From: a virus
Taxonomy: Duplodnaviria > Caudoviricetes
DNA: 42,982 nucleotides
Strand: one strand, 5' to 3'
IMG/VR virus record: IMGVR_UViG_3300032253_000008
Coordinates: 1 to 42,982 of that record
This document shows, one piece after another, positions 28,342-37,584 of this stretch. The stretch's first letter is position 1. Every line of letters begins with the position of its first letter. The notes beneath the pieces are model-generated. The model was not told the origin of the DNA. It saw only the letters and a program-made list of their open reading frames with translations, and searched no databases. Position numbers and translations under genes: made by a program.

Positions 28342-29081
28342 CGCAGCTCACCACCTTCAAGCTTTCCGAGGCTTCCTTGATAGGGAGCCTTTTCGCGTTG
28401 CATCGTGTCGAACGCTTTGCCCCACTGCTTGCACAGTTCAGAGCGGACGACGTCTTCGTGGGTGAATGCGACGCTTGCGACATCCGGTACCAAGCCGCGT
28501 TGCACCGCGTTCAGCGCCCAAGCCAGCCCGTTGTCTGTTTGATGAATGTCCGACTGCGACTCGTCGCCCGAGATGATGATTGCAGAATCCTCGCCGACGC
28601 GAGTCAGGAACGCTTTCATCTCGGCAGGTGTCGTGTTCTGCGCCTCGTCGATGATCATCACGGTCGAGTCGAACGTCAGGCCGCGAATGTGCTCAAGGGG
28701 TTCGATTTGGATCTGTTTCGCGGTGACCGCTTCTTGGTAACGCTTCGCACCCATTTGCGATTTGAATGCCTCAGCCAGAGGACGCGCCCAAGGTGCCATC
28801 TTATGTTCGACACGACCCGGGAGCATACCAAGCGTGCGACCCACGCCGACGTTGGGGCGTGCGAGGACGATGTGGTGGAATTCTTTTGTGTGGAGCTGTG
28901 CTCCTGCCCATGCACATGCAACCCAGGTCTTGCCTGTTCCGGCTGGGCCGGATGCAATCGTGCAATCGTGGCCGTTGAGTAGAGCCAGATAAGTCGCTTG
29001 TCGCTGCGTGAGGGTTTCAATTTTCAGCGGCTGCCAATTGCGTTCTGCTTGTCTCTGTTTCCGCTTTGAAACGCTACCCAT
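28338..29081 (-). CDS. phoH: PhoH-like ATPase
   Basis: GPAGTGKT, LGMLPG, IRGLTF, IIDEAQN, FLTRVGE, SGDESQSD, DVVRS. Confidence 0.95.
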   Translation of the reverse strand: MGSVSKRKQRQAERNWQPLKIETLTQRQATYLALLNGHDCTIASGPAGTGKTWVACAWAGAQLHTKEFHHIVLARPNVGVGRTLGMLPGRVEHKMAPWARPLAEAFKSQMGAKRYQEAVTAKQIQIEPLEHIRGLTFDSTVMIIDEAQNTTPAEMKAFLTRVGEDSAIIISGDESQSDIHQTDNGLAWALNAVQRGLVPDVASVAFTHEDVVRSELCKQWGKAFDTMQREKAPYQGSLGKLEGGELR

Positions 29082-29185
29082 TGACTGCTCTCCTTATATG
29101 GTCGGTAAGAGAGTAGAACGATTGCAGGACGGTGTCGAGCGAACAATGTGCTTGACACCGCCTCAGTTATAGACGGAAGAAGGTC

Positions 29186-29491
29186 TTAGAACGTGTCACC
29201 TTCAGCAGCGGGCAGCTCTTCGTCCAGTCGTTCGAACGATTGTCCCGATGCGACGAGGCAGGCGATGCCGTTTGGCATTGTCACCGTGATCGTCCAGGAG
29301 CCGCTTTCGTTGCTCGCCCAGGTCTCGACCATTGTGTTGTTCGAGGCGAGGCCTATTGACTGACGGGTTTCGCCGTACCGTTCACCGAGGTGTTCGACAA
29401 CCTGGTCGCGAGGAGCACAATTCTGCCCTTGAGCTGCGGCAGGGTATGCAAAGGCAGCCAGAACGGCTGCAAGGCTTAGGAGGGTCTTCAT
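29186..29491 (-). CDS. Small secreted protein with Cys pair
   Basis: Sec signal peptide MKTLLSLAAVLAAFAYPAAA; CAPRDQVV..LGERYGE...GSWTITVT..G.ACLVASG. Confidence 0.75.
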   Translation of the reverse strand: MKTLLSLAAVLAAFAYPAAAQGQNCAPRDQVVEHLGERYGETRQSIGLASNNTMVETWASNESGSWTITVTMPNGIACLVASGQSFERLDEELPAAEGDTF

Positions 29492-29495
29492 AGGA

Positions 29496-30491
29496 TCATC
29501 CTTTCTTTTTCAGGATCCACAAACCGGCCAGAACAACGATACTCACGACCACGCCGGCAATGATGATCGTTTGGTTAGTGTCGGACACATTTGACAACAA
29601 CCCAACCACGCCACCAGAACCAACCACGGCGCCACCTCGTTCAATCGCCAGATCAATGACGCGGTCGGCGGTTGTTTCAGGTACTTCCTCGCGGTCGGCT
29701 TCGATCTCTTCGCCGCTTGCGGTCGCGATGTGCGCGAGTGTCGTCGCACCTGCAACACCGTCTACTGCGAGGTTATTCGCTTCCTGGTATTCGCGCACGA
29801 TGCGAGCAGTATCTGCACCGAACACGCCGTCCGCTTCAATGTCGTATCCAAGGGCCGCGAGTTGAACCTGCATCTGTTCGACAGCTTGACCGCGACGACC
29901 GACGCGCAGCACGGGCGAGGACGATTGCCCACCCGATTGGCGACGGTACGCGGATTCGATGCGACCCGCGTAGACGGCAGCTTGACCGCTACCGTTGTAG
30001 CCATATGCGAAAGCGAGGAAGTCTTGTGAGCGAAGGTGGGTGTCGAGGTTCGTGTTGATCACGAATTCCACAAAGCCACGAATCTGCTCGTCTGCACTCT
30101 GCTCGAACGCATCGACCATCTCAACGGCTGACGCGTATCCAGCGAGCTCCGCATTGAAACCCATGATCTGAGGCGCGCCCCAGGACGCAGCGTCGTAGGT
30201 TGCTTCCGCGTCGATGTTTTCGGCAATGTCGAACATTGAGCGACGACGGGACGTCGAAACCGCGAGCGATGCACGCCATGCCGCTTGGCCTTCGCGCGGT
30301 GCAAAGCCGAGCGTGCCCCAATGTGCACGCGGGAAGTGGTGCGGTTCAAAACGACGAGGCAGCTTGCCGTTGCTCTCGTAGAATTTGCCTGCCGCCTCGA
30401 CTTCGAAGACGGCCTTGACGACCGCAATCTCGCATCCGAGTTTGTTGGCCATTTCCTGCCAGATGGCAGTAGAAGGATAATTGCTGGGCAT
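29496..30491 (-). CDS. Endolysin: N-acetylmuramidase + peptidoglycan-binding domain + C-terminal TM
   Basis: AVFEVEAAG, FEPHHF, SWGAPQIMGFN, FAYGYNG; ADGVFG..T...YQ..NNLAVDGVAG; hydrophobic tail ending KKKG. Confidence 0.92.
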   Translation of the reverse strand: MPSNYPSTAIWQEMANKLGCEIAVVKAVFEVEAAGKFYESNGKLPRRFEPHHFPRAHWGTLGFAPREGQAAWRASLAVSTSRRRSMFDIAENIDAEATYDAASWGAPQIMGFNAELAGYASAVEMVDAFEQSADEQIRGFVEFVINTNLDTHLRSQDFLAFAYGYNGSGQAAVYAGRIESAYRRQSGGQSSSPVLRVGRRGQAVEQMQVQLAALGYDIEADGVFGADTARIVREYQEANNLAVDGVAGATTLAHIATASGEEIEADREEVPETTADRVIDLAIERGGAVVGSGGVVGLLSNVSDTNQTIIIAGVVVSIVVLAGLWILKKKG

Positions 30492-30492
30492 A

Positions 30493-32109
30493 TTAGAACT
30501 CCGCTGGTAAGGGGCCTCTTTCTTGGCCGATTATATCGAGATAGACAGTGCGGGTGCTCCTGTTCAAGTGTCTGACCCTGAATGTCGTGCCCCTGTCAAT
30601 CAGTATTTCGTTCTCGGCGAAAGTTGAAAGAGAGCTTAAATCTTTTGCTCGCATCCCCTCCGGGATTGTAATATTGAACCTCCACGCGTCCCCGAAATCA
30701 AAGATGCTGGCAGATTCCACTGACGTAGAGGTAGACACGAACCCCCTGTCCGTAAACACCGCGCCTCTCCGGAGTTCACGATTACTTGGGAACCAGTTTC
30801 GACCTGCGTAGCGAACAACCTGAGTTGTCTTGCCTAACGAAGCAGAAAGCATAGACCTGTCGACCGCCCTCGCAACGTCAGTGACGTAGTTAGGGTCCCA
30901 ATCAACGTCGGTATCAATGTAACGTCTACCAGTCCGAAGCTTGGTGTTTATTTGAGTGTAGAGCACCGAAGAATACTCATTCAAGGCTACTTTTGCAGGA
31001 ATTGTGTTACCGGACCCAAGTGCTGCTTGAGGAAGTCTCTTTATCTGCGCAATAGTCAGGAGCTGACCTTGGTCATTCGTGAACCTTTCTAAAGGCAGCC
31101 CTTCTCTGAACATTTTGTAGCGAACAGGTCCAAGCACTTCCTGCTGAACTGCTGGCTTCTGCTTCTTCATCCATTCTGAGTACGTCATAGATGCAGGGAC
31201 CTGCCCGTCCATTGAAGCACGCGTTCCTTCTGGAAGCTCTTCCATGTTGAACCCGAGTTCTTTCCAGGACTTCGTGATCGCAACAGTGGTCGAGCGGCAG
31301 TTGATGTGCGCAGGTGGTCGAGCAAAAGGCGGCTCGAGACGAGCACGCCCTGACGGTGGGCGCCAGTTCGCATCGTCAACGATGGGACCCACTTTCCCGT
31401 CGCGTTCGCGGCAGACGGGAGTGGTGCGCGTGTCGAGTGTTGCCACCCACATCACACCTTTTAGAAGATCGCTGTTCGCGGCCCAGACGGCTTGACGCCC
31501 TTGGTTCGTCGCGTGATTGATCGACGTCCGGACGAGAGCCTCAAGTCCGCGACGTCGCGGCTGTAGTGCGCCGTCTTTGAACTTCTGAGAGCTTGTGCCA
31601 AGCAGCTGGCGCACCAGGTCGTCGTTTGTTGTCCCTGACGTTATGCCATCTACGATCTCGTGCCACACCGTCTCATTGAGGGTGCGGTGAAACGCAGCGG
31701 CCCACTCGGTCGTCGTCGCACCGTTGAAAGGCGACGAGAGCGCGATTGTCTGCAGGACCCCTGGGTTTGGTGTCGTCACATCAAGGCCCGCGGGCAGCAT
31801 GCGGATAAACGCAGCCTCTTCGACCTCAGCGGCAGCCGCGAGGGCTTCGCGCACGTTCGTAGTGAGTATGGGGGTGAGGCGAGTCTCGAGCGACTTGATC
31901 AGGTTGCCCACCTGGATGCGCAACGCGTTTAAACGGGCCTCAGTGAAACGTCCTTCACCGATCTCAGCATTCTGCAGGATTCGACGCAGATCCTTTTCGA
32001 CACTACGAAGGGTCCGAAGAGCCTCGCGCACTTCGCGATTCTGGAGACGAATCCAGCGTACTTGCTGTGCTACCTGGAAATCCAGGAACCGCTCGTTGAT
32101 TGATGCCAT
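30493..32109 (-). CDS. MuF/SPP1 gp7 minor head protein fused to C-terminal ADP-ribosyltransferase
   Basis: MuF: WVATLDTRTTPVC..DG, PPAHINCRST; ART: YTQINTKLR, VVRY, DRGFVSTS, ENEILIDRGTTFRV. Confidence 0.9.
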   Translation of the reverse strand: MASINERFLDFQVAQQVRWIRLQNREVREALRTLRSVEKDLRRILQNAEIGEGRFTEARLNALRIQVGNLIKSLETRLTPILTTNVREALAAAAEVEEAAFIRMLPAGLDVTTPNPGVLQTIALSSPFNGATTTEWAAAFHRTLNETVWHEIVDGITSGTTNDDLVRQLLGTSSQKFKDGALQPRRRGLEALVRTSINHATNQGRQAVWAANSDLLKGVMWVATLDTRTTPVCRERDGKVGPIVDDANWRPPSGRARLEPPFARPPAHINCRSTTVAITKSWKELGFNMEELPEGTRASMDGQVPASMTYSEWMKKQKPAVQQEVLGPVRYKMFREGLPLERFTNDQGQLLTIAQIKRLPQAALGSGNTIPAKVALNEYSSVLYTQINTKLRTGRRYIDTDVDWDPNYVTDVARAVDRSMLSASLGKTTQVVRYAGRNWFPSNRELRRGAVFTDRGFVSTSTSVESASIFDFGDAWRFNITIPEGMRAKDLSSLSTFAENEILIDRGTTFRVRHLNRSTRTVYLDIIGQERGPLPAEF

Positions 32110-32311
32110 AGGTGTGGTACTGCTTTCGACAGTGGTGACGCTCGAAAAAGATTACCAGCAAGATAGCGTCCAGGATGAAGACGCGCAAGCGTCTATCAAG
32201 GATCCACTCTTCCGCGCAAACTGTCAGGTGTGGGAACTGCCCTCCTCGTGCGCGGTTCAAGCGCATGGATGCCCGTGCCAGTAGTGATGTGGCGCGGGCT
32301 TTGCAGTTCAT
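32003..32311 (-). CDS. Possible small hypothetical protein
   Basis: MNCKARATSLL...LNRARGG...TVCA..W...FFERHHCR; AAGGA upstream; fills the nrdJ-MuF gap but overlaps MuF by about 107 nt. Confidence 0.4.
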   Translation of the reverse strand: MNCKARATSLLARASMRLNRARGGQFPHLTVCAEEWILDRRLRVFILDAILLVIFFERHHCRKQYHTYGINQRAVPGFPGSTASTLDSSPESRSARGSSDPS

Positions 32312-32324
32312 CCATCCAGTTCCT

Positions 32325-34157
32325 TCATTCGCAAGTCTTGGTTCCCGTTGCGGGATCAATATAGCACGCAGCCCCGTCAGTGACAACAGAGCCGTCTTTA
32401 GGTGCGTCGAGTGACTTCATCATCCCGAACCGCTTCCCGTCGAGGCGGAACGTCGTGCATCCTTTCGCACCACCTTTCCACGCCGTCATATAGACGTCCA
32501 TGAACTCGTCGAACGTGACGTCCGATCCGACGTTGCACGTCTTCGAGATCGACGAGTCGACGAACTGCTGCGCGTGGGTCAGAACCTTGACGTGATCGAG
32601 CACAGCGAGGTCGTCTGCGCGGACGCCTTTGACTCCGAACACGGACACACCGTAGTCAGGGATCTCGACATACTGCTTGGTCACGCCGTCCTCGTTGATG
32701 ATCTCGCGACCATTCATGTAAGCGAACACCGGCTCAATGCCCGACGAGATGTTGTCTGCGGTAAGCGATATTGTGCCTGTGGGCGCGATGGACAGGAGGT
32801 GGCTGTTGCGAAGGCCGTTCTCATTCATCAACGCAAGCACGTCGTCGTCGAGTACGCCCGAGTTGACGAATTTGCCCACCATGTATTTCTCACGGTCCCA
32901 CATCGGGAACGGCCCCTTCTCCCTCGCAAGGAGTGCCGACGCGCGGTAGGTTTCGTTCGCTATTGTGCGGAGGATCGTCCCTTGGATCTCGAGGTACTTG
33001 TCTGACCCGTAGGGCGCGCCGAGCGCTTCGATTGCGTTCGCCATGCCCGTGACGCCCATGCCCATGCGGCGTTTGTCTTTGGCTTCTTTCTCCTGCTGAG
33101 GCAACGGGTAGTGAGCAACGTCGATCACGTTGTCCAGTGCGCGAACCATCCCCGGGATGTCTGCTTTGAGAGCCTCAAGGTCCAAGAAGCGTGAACCGTC
33201 TGGGAGCGTGACGATATACTTGACCATGTTCCAAGAGCCGAGCAAGCATGCCCCGTAAGGCGGCAATGGCTGCTCGCCGCAAGGGTTTGTCGCGTTAATC
33301 GTTTCACAGTAGTAAAGGTTGTTCATCTCGTTGATCCGATCAATGAACAACACGCCAGGCTCCGCCCAGTCCCATGTCGCACGCATGATCTTCTCCCACA
33401 GCCATTTTGCTTTGACCGTGTTGTAGACCTTGCCGTCGAATACGAGGTCCCAGTCGGCGTCCGCCTCGACCGCTTCCATGAAGTCGTCGGTGATCGCGAC
33501 TGACACATTGAAAGCGGACAACCGATTCTGGATCGAAACCTTCTCGACGATGTCCAGGATGACTGCTTTCTGCTCGTCGTCGAATTGCGTCCCGCCCAAG
33601 AGCATCTCGCACTTCTGCACGTCCTCAGCGAGTGCGCATGTCTTCGCCTCAATGAACTCGATAATGTCAGGATGCCAAACATGCAGGACGCCCATCTGCG
33701 CTCCTCGTCGCCCGCCTGCTGATCTGACGGTCTTGCAATTCGAGTTGTAGATTTCCATGAAGGACACAGCGCCCGAGGCGGTAGACTTCAAGGTGCCAAT
33801 CAATGCACCTCGTGGGCGCAGTGTTGAGAATGAGTATCCTATCCCGCCGCCCATGCGCATCGTCAAGAATGACTCTTCGACCTTGCGCATGATGTCTACC
33901 GAGTCGTCAGCAATGTCGCCTGACACGAAACAGTTGTGGGCGCAGATCGTCATGGGCGCACCGACCGCGCGTGTCACGCGTCCCGCATACATGAAATTCT
34001 GGTGCAGCTGAGTCATGCGAATGTCGCGCCGGTGCTGCTCGTTGTCGGCCAGTACGCCGCTGTTGCGGTCGCATACTTCCACATAGGTTTCGGTTGGGTC
34101 GATGCGGTACTTTTGGATGTGTTGGTCTACCGATACCTGGTGGCTTGGGCCATACAT
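32325..34157 (-). CDS. nrdJ: Class II (adenosylcobalamin-dependent) ribonucleotide reductase
   Basis: NCFV, MGGGIG, RRGAQM, ATNPCGEQPL, SIAPTGTIS, C-terminal CYIDPATGTKTCE Cys pair; no nrdB nearby. Confidence 0.93.
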   Translation of the reverse strand: MYGPSHQVSVDQHIQKYRIDPTETYVEVCDRNSGVLADNEQHRRDIRMTQLHQNFMYAGRVTRAVGAPMTICAHNCFVSGDIADDSVDIMRKVEESFLTMRMGGGIGYSFSTLRPRGALIGTLKSTASGAVSFMEIYNSNCKTVRSAGGRRGAQMGVLHVWHPDIIEFIEAKTCALAEDVQKCEMLLGGTQFDDEQKAVILDIVEKVSIQNRLSAFNVSVAITDDFMEAVEADADWDLVFDGKVYNTVKAKWLWEKIMRATWDWAEPGVLFIDRINEMNNLYYCETINATNPCGEQPLPPYGACLLGSWNMVKYIVTLPDGSRFLDLEALKADIPGMVRALDNVIDVAHYPLPQQEKEAKDKRRMGMGVTGMANAIEALGAPYGSDKYLEIQGTILRTIANETYRASALLAREKGPFPMWDREKYMVGKFVNSGVLDDDVLALMNENGLRNSHLLSIAPTGTISLTADNISSGIEPVFAYMNGREIINEDGVTKQYVEIPDYGVSVFGVKGVRADDLAVLDHVKVLTHAQQFVDSSISKTCNVGSDVTFDEFMDVYMTAWKGGAKGCTTFRLDGKRFGMMKSLDAPKDGSVVTDGAACYIDPATGTKTCE

Positions 34158-34189
34158 TCGCGGCTCTCCTTTTGCGTCTGCCTGTGATG

Positions 34190-34213
34190 AAAACAGGCAC
34201 CCGCGGGCGCCTG
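34190..34213 (-). terminator. Terminator-like hairpin in nrdJ leader
   Basis: Minus strand CAGGCGC-ccgcgg-GTGCCTG-TTTT. Confidence 0.5.
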
Positions 34214-34267
34214 CGCTACCATCATGGACGACTGTGCTACAACGTGCAATCGCGAATGTGGGAGCAA

Positions 34268-34282
34268 CCTAAATCGGTTATA
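34268..34282. promoter_or_regulatory. Degenerate operator-like site
   Basis: CCTAA ATCGG TTATA, 41 bp upstream of the P2 operator (same offset as at P1). Confidence 0.55.
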
Positions 34283-34296
34283 GACGAAAAAAGGTG

Positions 34297-34325
34297 TTGA
34301 CGCGCATCTATAACTCGCTTATACG
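34297..34325 (+). promoter_or_regulatory. Cassette promoter P2 with embedded operator
   Basis: TTGACG-17 nt-TATACG containing TATAACTCGCTTATA. Confidence 0.88.
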
Positions 34326-34360
34326 TCGTCACATCAACAACGCAACCAACGGAGACTAAC

Positions 34361-35239
34361 ATGACTTACGAAGCACGCAAAATCCTGATCATCGAAAACG
34401 CAACCAACGACGTTGACGAACGCAACCCAGGCGAATTTGTCGCCCGAGCAATCCTGATGGTCAACGACGTTGACACCGACGCGTTGTCTGTTACCGACAT
34501 TTTCGAATCCGAAAACATTGACAACCTGCGCGCCGCCGTTGTTGGAGGTCATCCCGACATTACTCACTACCGCGCGACAAATATCGCGGGCAGCAATAAC
34601 GTGTTCGCTGGTGGCTGGTCTGACGCGCTGCGCGTTGCGAAGGAATGCGCATACGAAAACGCAATCGAGGAAGGCGCTGACGTTCGCAAAAACATGTCGC
34701 TGCGCCACCTCGTCGAACACAAACTGAACGCAATCAAAGCCCGCATCGCTCGCGAGGACGCGGCTGCGGACGCCGAATCCGAAAAAGCGCAACGTGCTGC
34801 TGATCGCGAAACCCGCGCTGCTGAGCGCAAAGACTTCGACGCATGGTCGTCGATTGCACGCGCCGCCCGAGACGATGATCGCGAGGATTATCAATTGGGC
34901 GTCACAATGCGTTGGGCCTACAATGAGGTGGAATCGTTTCCTGCACTGCTCGAGGCGCACGTCAAAAAGCTGACCGACAACCCAACCTACGCTTTGGGCT
35001 GGTCTGGTGACTTTGTTCAATCGGCTGCCGACCACGACGTAGCGAAGTACCTCGTCGAATTGTTCGAGTCGGGCGTCGCGTTCGCTGATATGGAAGACGA
35101 GGTCATGAGCTCCATGTTCAACAAAGCCGACCGCGCAACGTCACGCTCGACTTCCGTCATGTCGAACCTGGTCGACGATGCGACTCGCGTCGCGTGGACG
35201 TCTGCTGCGAAGCGCATCACAGGCAAGTCATTCTGGTGA
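34361..35239 (+). CDS. Hypothetical protein (plus-strand cassette 2)
   Basis: 292 aa with own promoter, AACGGAG SD and terminator; central coiled coil. Confidence 0.85.
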   Translation: MTYEARKILIIENATNDVDERNPGEFVARAILMVNDVDTDALSVTDIFESENIDNLRAAVVGGHPDITHYRATNIAGSNNVFAGGWSDALRVAKECAYENAIEEGADVRKNMSLRHLVEHKLNAIKARIAREDAAADAESEKAQRAADRETRAAERKDFDAWSSIARAARDDDREDYQLGVTMRWAYNEVESFPALLEAHVKKLTDNPTYALGWSGDFVQSAADHDVAKYLVELFESGVAFADMEDEVMSSMFNKADRATSRSTSVMSNLVDDATRVAWTSAAKRITGKSFW

Positions 35240-35259
35240 TCAACGTTTAAACAGCGAGT

Positions 35260-35290
35260 CGGGCGTCCTCACGGGCGCCCGTTTTCTTTT
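35260..35290 (+). terminator. Rho-independent terminator
   Basis: CGGGCGTCC-tcac-GGGCGCCCG-TTTTCTTTT. Confidence 0.88.
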
Positions 35291-36806
35291 ATCGGGATAC
35301 CCCCATTCCAGCAGCTTCTTCCCCACCGTCACCCTCATTTGACCCGGAACCGGGCGCTTTCGACGGCTTTGCAGGGGCTCCAGGCGGTTGCTGCGCCTGT
35401 GCGAGGGCTGCTTCCATGACGCCCATGCCCAGATCGCCGCCTTCCTCCTCAATGAGGTCCTTCTCCTCGTCGAAGGTGCGGTCGACGGGCGCGATCTCGC
35501 CTGTCTGCAGGTTTTCGTAGAGCGTCTGGTGCGACATGCCGCCCGACTGCCATGCTTTGACGAGCGCGGTCAGTGTCTGCGCGTCCATCTTCGTTTCGAT
35601 CCAGTCGCGGTTCAGCTTCACCTCAACGTCGTCGGGCTTCCCTGTGACCCATTCGGCTGCGATGCGCAACGCGCGCTCGATGCCTGCCTCGGCCATGTTC
35701 ACAACGTTGGTCAGCAACGACATCTCGCCCTTCCCGCGCATCTTCGCGGTGTCCGACGCCTCGTTGCGGTTCTTACCGTCGTGGATCATGCGTGCGCCCA
35801 GCGACGCCATGCGGTCCTCTTTGTCGAGCATCGCCTGACGCTGTGCTTCGATCCCGGCACCTGAGAACTCTAGGAACTGAGCCTGTGACCCTTCGGGCAG
35901 GATCCAGAACGCGCCCGAACCGATTGCGGTTGGCTTCTGCTTCTCGTTGATGTTGCCGATTGCCACGGGCGTAGGTTGTGCCGTCAGGTAGAGCGCGTGC
36001 TCGTAGTCAGCAGAATTGCGATAGTGACCAATCCCGACGTCGATCAGGTCGAGCATGGGAGGCTTCTCGACTTCGGGGCGTAGGTCATAAGGGTTGATGA
36101 AGATAAACGGGATGCGCTTCAGTGGCTTGCCGTTCACGGTGGGCACAGTTGGCTCACCGACCAGGACGAACGTTGCCGCCTTGTCTGACGTCGCATCGGC
36201 GCCCGCTGATTTCCAGCGGCGCACCTCATAGTTGCCTTCTGCGTTCAGGATCAATTCGAGACGCATCTCGGCAACGTCGTTTGCCTCGTCGTCAGAATCG
36301 AAGTCGTCTTTGAGCACCACGCGTGTCAGCGTGCGCAACCCATCGACGAACTGCACTTTCCAATCCGTAATGTTCTCGGCGGTATACGTCGCGAGATACG
36401 GGGTCGAGTTCACCGTGTTGTTTTCAGCTGGGTAGTCGACCAGGATGCCGTAGCGTCCGACCGACAGGACCTCGTTGACGACGTTCTCGGCCATCACCTC
36501 AAGTGAGTGGCCGTCTGTTGTCGCCGCCTCGGTGAGCGGTTCGAGCTTCTTCGGGAGTTCAGCTTTGACCGGGTGACGGAAAACCATGCCTGACATGCCG
36601 CGCAACGTTCGTTCCGCAACCGGGTAGTATTGTGCCCGGTCCTTGTAGGCGTCGTAGGCGGTCGACGACATGCCGTCCGGCTTCTTCAGGTACTCGTCGC
36701 CTTTGCTCTTGATCTCGTCTTGACCTTCGAGGGCGTCGCGAATGCGCGCCCACTGTGCTGTGCGACGTGTGAAATCTGGGTGGACGGATGCTACTGTGCG
36801 CGCCAT
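35289..36806 (-). CDS. Portal protein (DUF4055-like)
   Basis: 505 aa; YDAYKDRA, GRYGILVDYP, IPFIF, PPMLDL...HYRNSADYEH, LGARM. Confidence 0.92.
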   Translation of the reverse strand: MARTVASVHPDFTRRTAQWARIRDALEGQDEIKSKGDEYLKKPDGMSSTAYDAYKDRAQYYPVAERTLRGMSGMVFRHPVKAELPKKLEPLTEAATTDGHSLEVMAENVVNEVLSVGRYGILVDYPAENNTVNSTPYLATYTAENITDWKVQFVDGLRTLTRVVLKDDFDSDDEANDVAEMRLELILNAEGNYEVRRWKSAGADATSDKAATFVLVGEPTVPTVNGKPLKRIPFIFINPYDLRPEVEKPPMLDLIDVGIGHYRNSADYEHALYLTAQPTPVAIGNINEKQKPTAIGSGAFWILPEGSQAQFLEFSGAGIEAQRQAMLDKEDRMASLGARMIHDGKNRNEASDTAKMRGKGEMSLLTNVVNMAEAGIERALRIAAEWVTGKPDDVEVKLNRDWIETKMDAQTLTALVKAWQSGGMSHQTLYENLQTGEIAPVDRTFDEEKDLIEEEGGDLGMGVMEAALAQAQQPPGAPAKPSKAPGSGSNEGDGGEEAAGMGVSR

Positions 36807-36918
36807 TGTGCTGGTATTCCCGATCTAGGGCTCTGCCCGTTTAAACAGGAGAGGGTCCCCTTCGGTTCGAACGCATTATGGACGCGAGCGCACCTCGGTG
36901 CAAGGGACTTGTGAGGTG

Positions 36919-37074
36919 TTATTCTCTCCACGCCTCGTTGTCTTGCGTTCCGTCGAACAAGTTGCACTTCTTTTTATTCTCGGCCTGCGTCAGAACTTGT
37001 AGATTCCAAGGGACATGCAAACCACAGACGTTAGGATGGTTCAGTGGGATGATGTGGTCGACTTCGTGCGACCC
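36919..37074 (-). pseudogene. 5'-truncated HNH endonuclease
   Basis: Manual translation GSHEVDHIIPLNHPNVCGLHVPWNLQVLTQAENKKKCNLFDGTQDNEAWRE*; in-frame TAA immediately upstream (37075-37077) and no ATG. Confidence 0.85.
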
Positions 37075-37096
37075 TTAAGGTGTTGCAAATTTCCTG

Positions 37097-37125
37097 TTGA
37101 CACTCACCTATAACTCGCTTATACG
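37097..37125 (+). promoter_or_regulatory. Cassette promoter P3 with embedded operator
   Basis: TTGACA-17 nt-TATACG containing TATAACTCGCTTATA. Confidence 0.9.
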
Positions 37126-37156
37126 TCGTGGTATCAACTGATCAACGGAGCCTAGC

Positions 37157-37366
37157 ATGTTCGAATTTTCTTTCCTCGTCGCCGATGAAACATCCGCCCT
37201 CGCTCATGTCGAACGCATCGACGGTGTGATTCTTAACTTCCTGAATGCTGACATGGGAACCGAATCCGTGACACATCGCGGCTCGCGCGTTGTCGTCGCT
37301 GCGGACACGCTCGACCGCCTCAACCAACTGATTGCTGATCTTACCGAAGAAGGATTTGTCGAATGA
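37157..37366 (+). CDS. Hypothetical protein
   Basis: 69 aa, AACGGAG SD, first gene after P3. Confidence 0.8.
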   Translation: MFEFSFLVADETSALAHVERIDGVILNFLNADMGTESVTHRGSRVVVAADTLDRLNQLIADLTEEGFVE

Positions 37367-37584
37367 ACCCGCTCACCGATAACCTCGTCCGCGCCATCGC
37401 ATGGCTGACGTTTCCCGACGCCCACTCGATCATCATCACCTTCCTCGGTGATGAACACGCTTGGATCACCTGTGAATTAGGGCCGATGGACAATCCTTAC
37501 TCGCGGGACTTCTACTACGATCCCGCGTGCCAAACATTCACCGGTGCCCAAGGCACCATCGACGCTGTTCTGGAGGAGGTGTGA
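37363..37584 (+). CDS. Hypothetical protein
   Basis: 73 aa, ATGA overlap. Confidence 0.75.
   Translation: MNPLTDNLVRAIAWLTFPDAHSIIITFLGDEHAWITCELGPMDNPYSRDFYYDPACQTFTGAQGTIDAVLEEV

Noticed and set aside
33520-33645. Intein or intron in nrdJ
   Set aside because: Frame is continuous, the insert is only about 35 aa, and it lacks the His-Asn followed by Cys/Ser/Thr junction.
34158-34296. Cobalamin riboswitch upstream of B12-dependent nrdJ
   Set aside because: The gap is short and partly taken by the divergent promoter; no B12-box consensus recognised. An Rfam scan would settle it.
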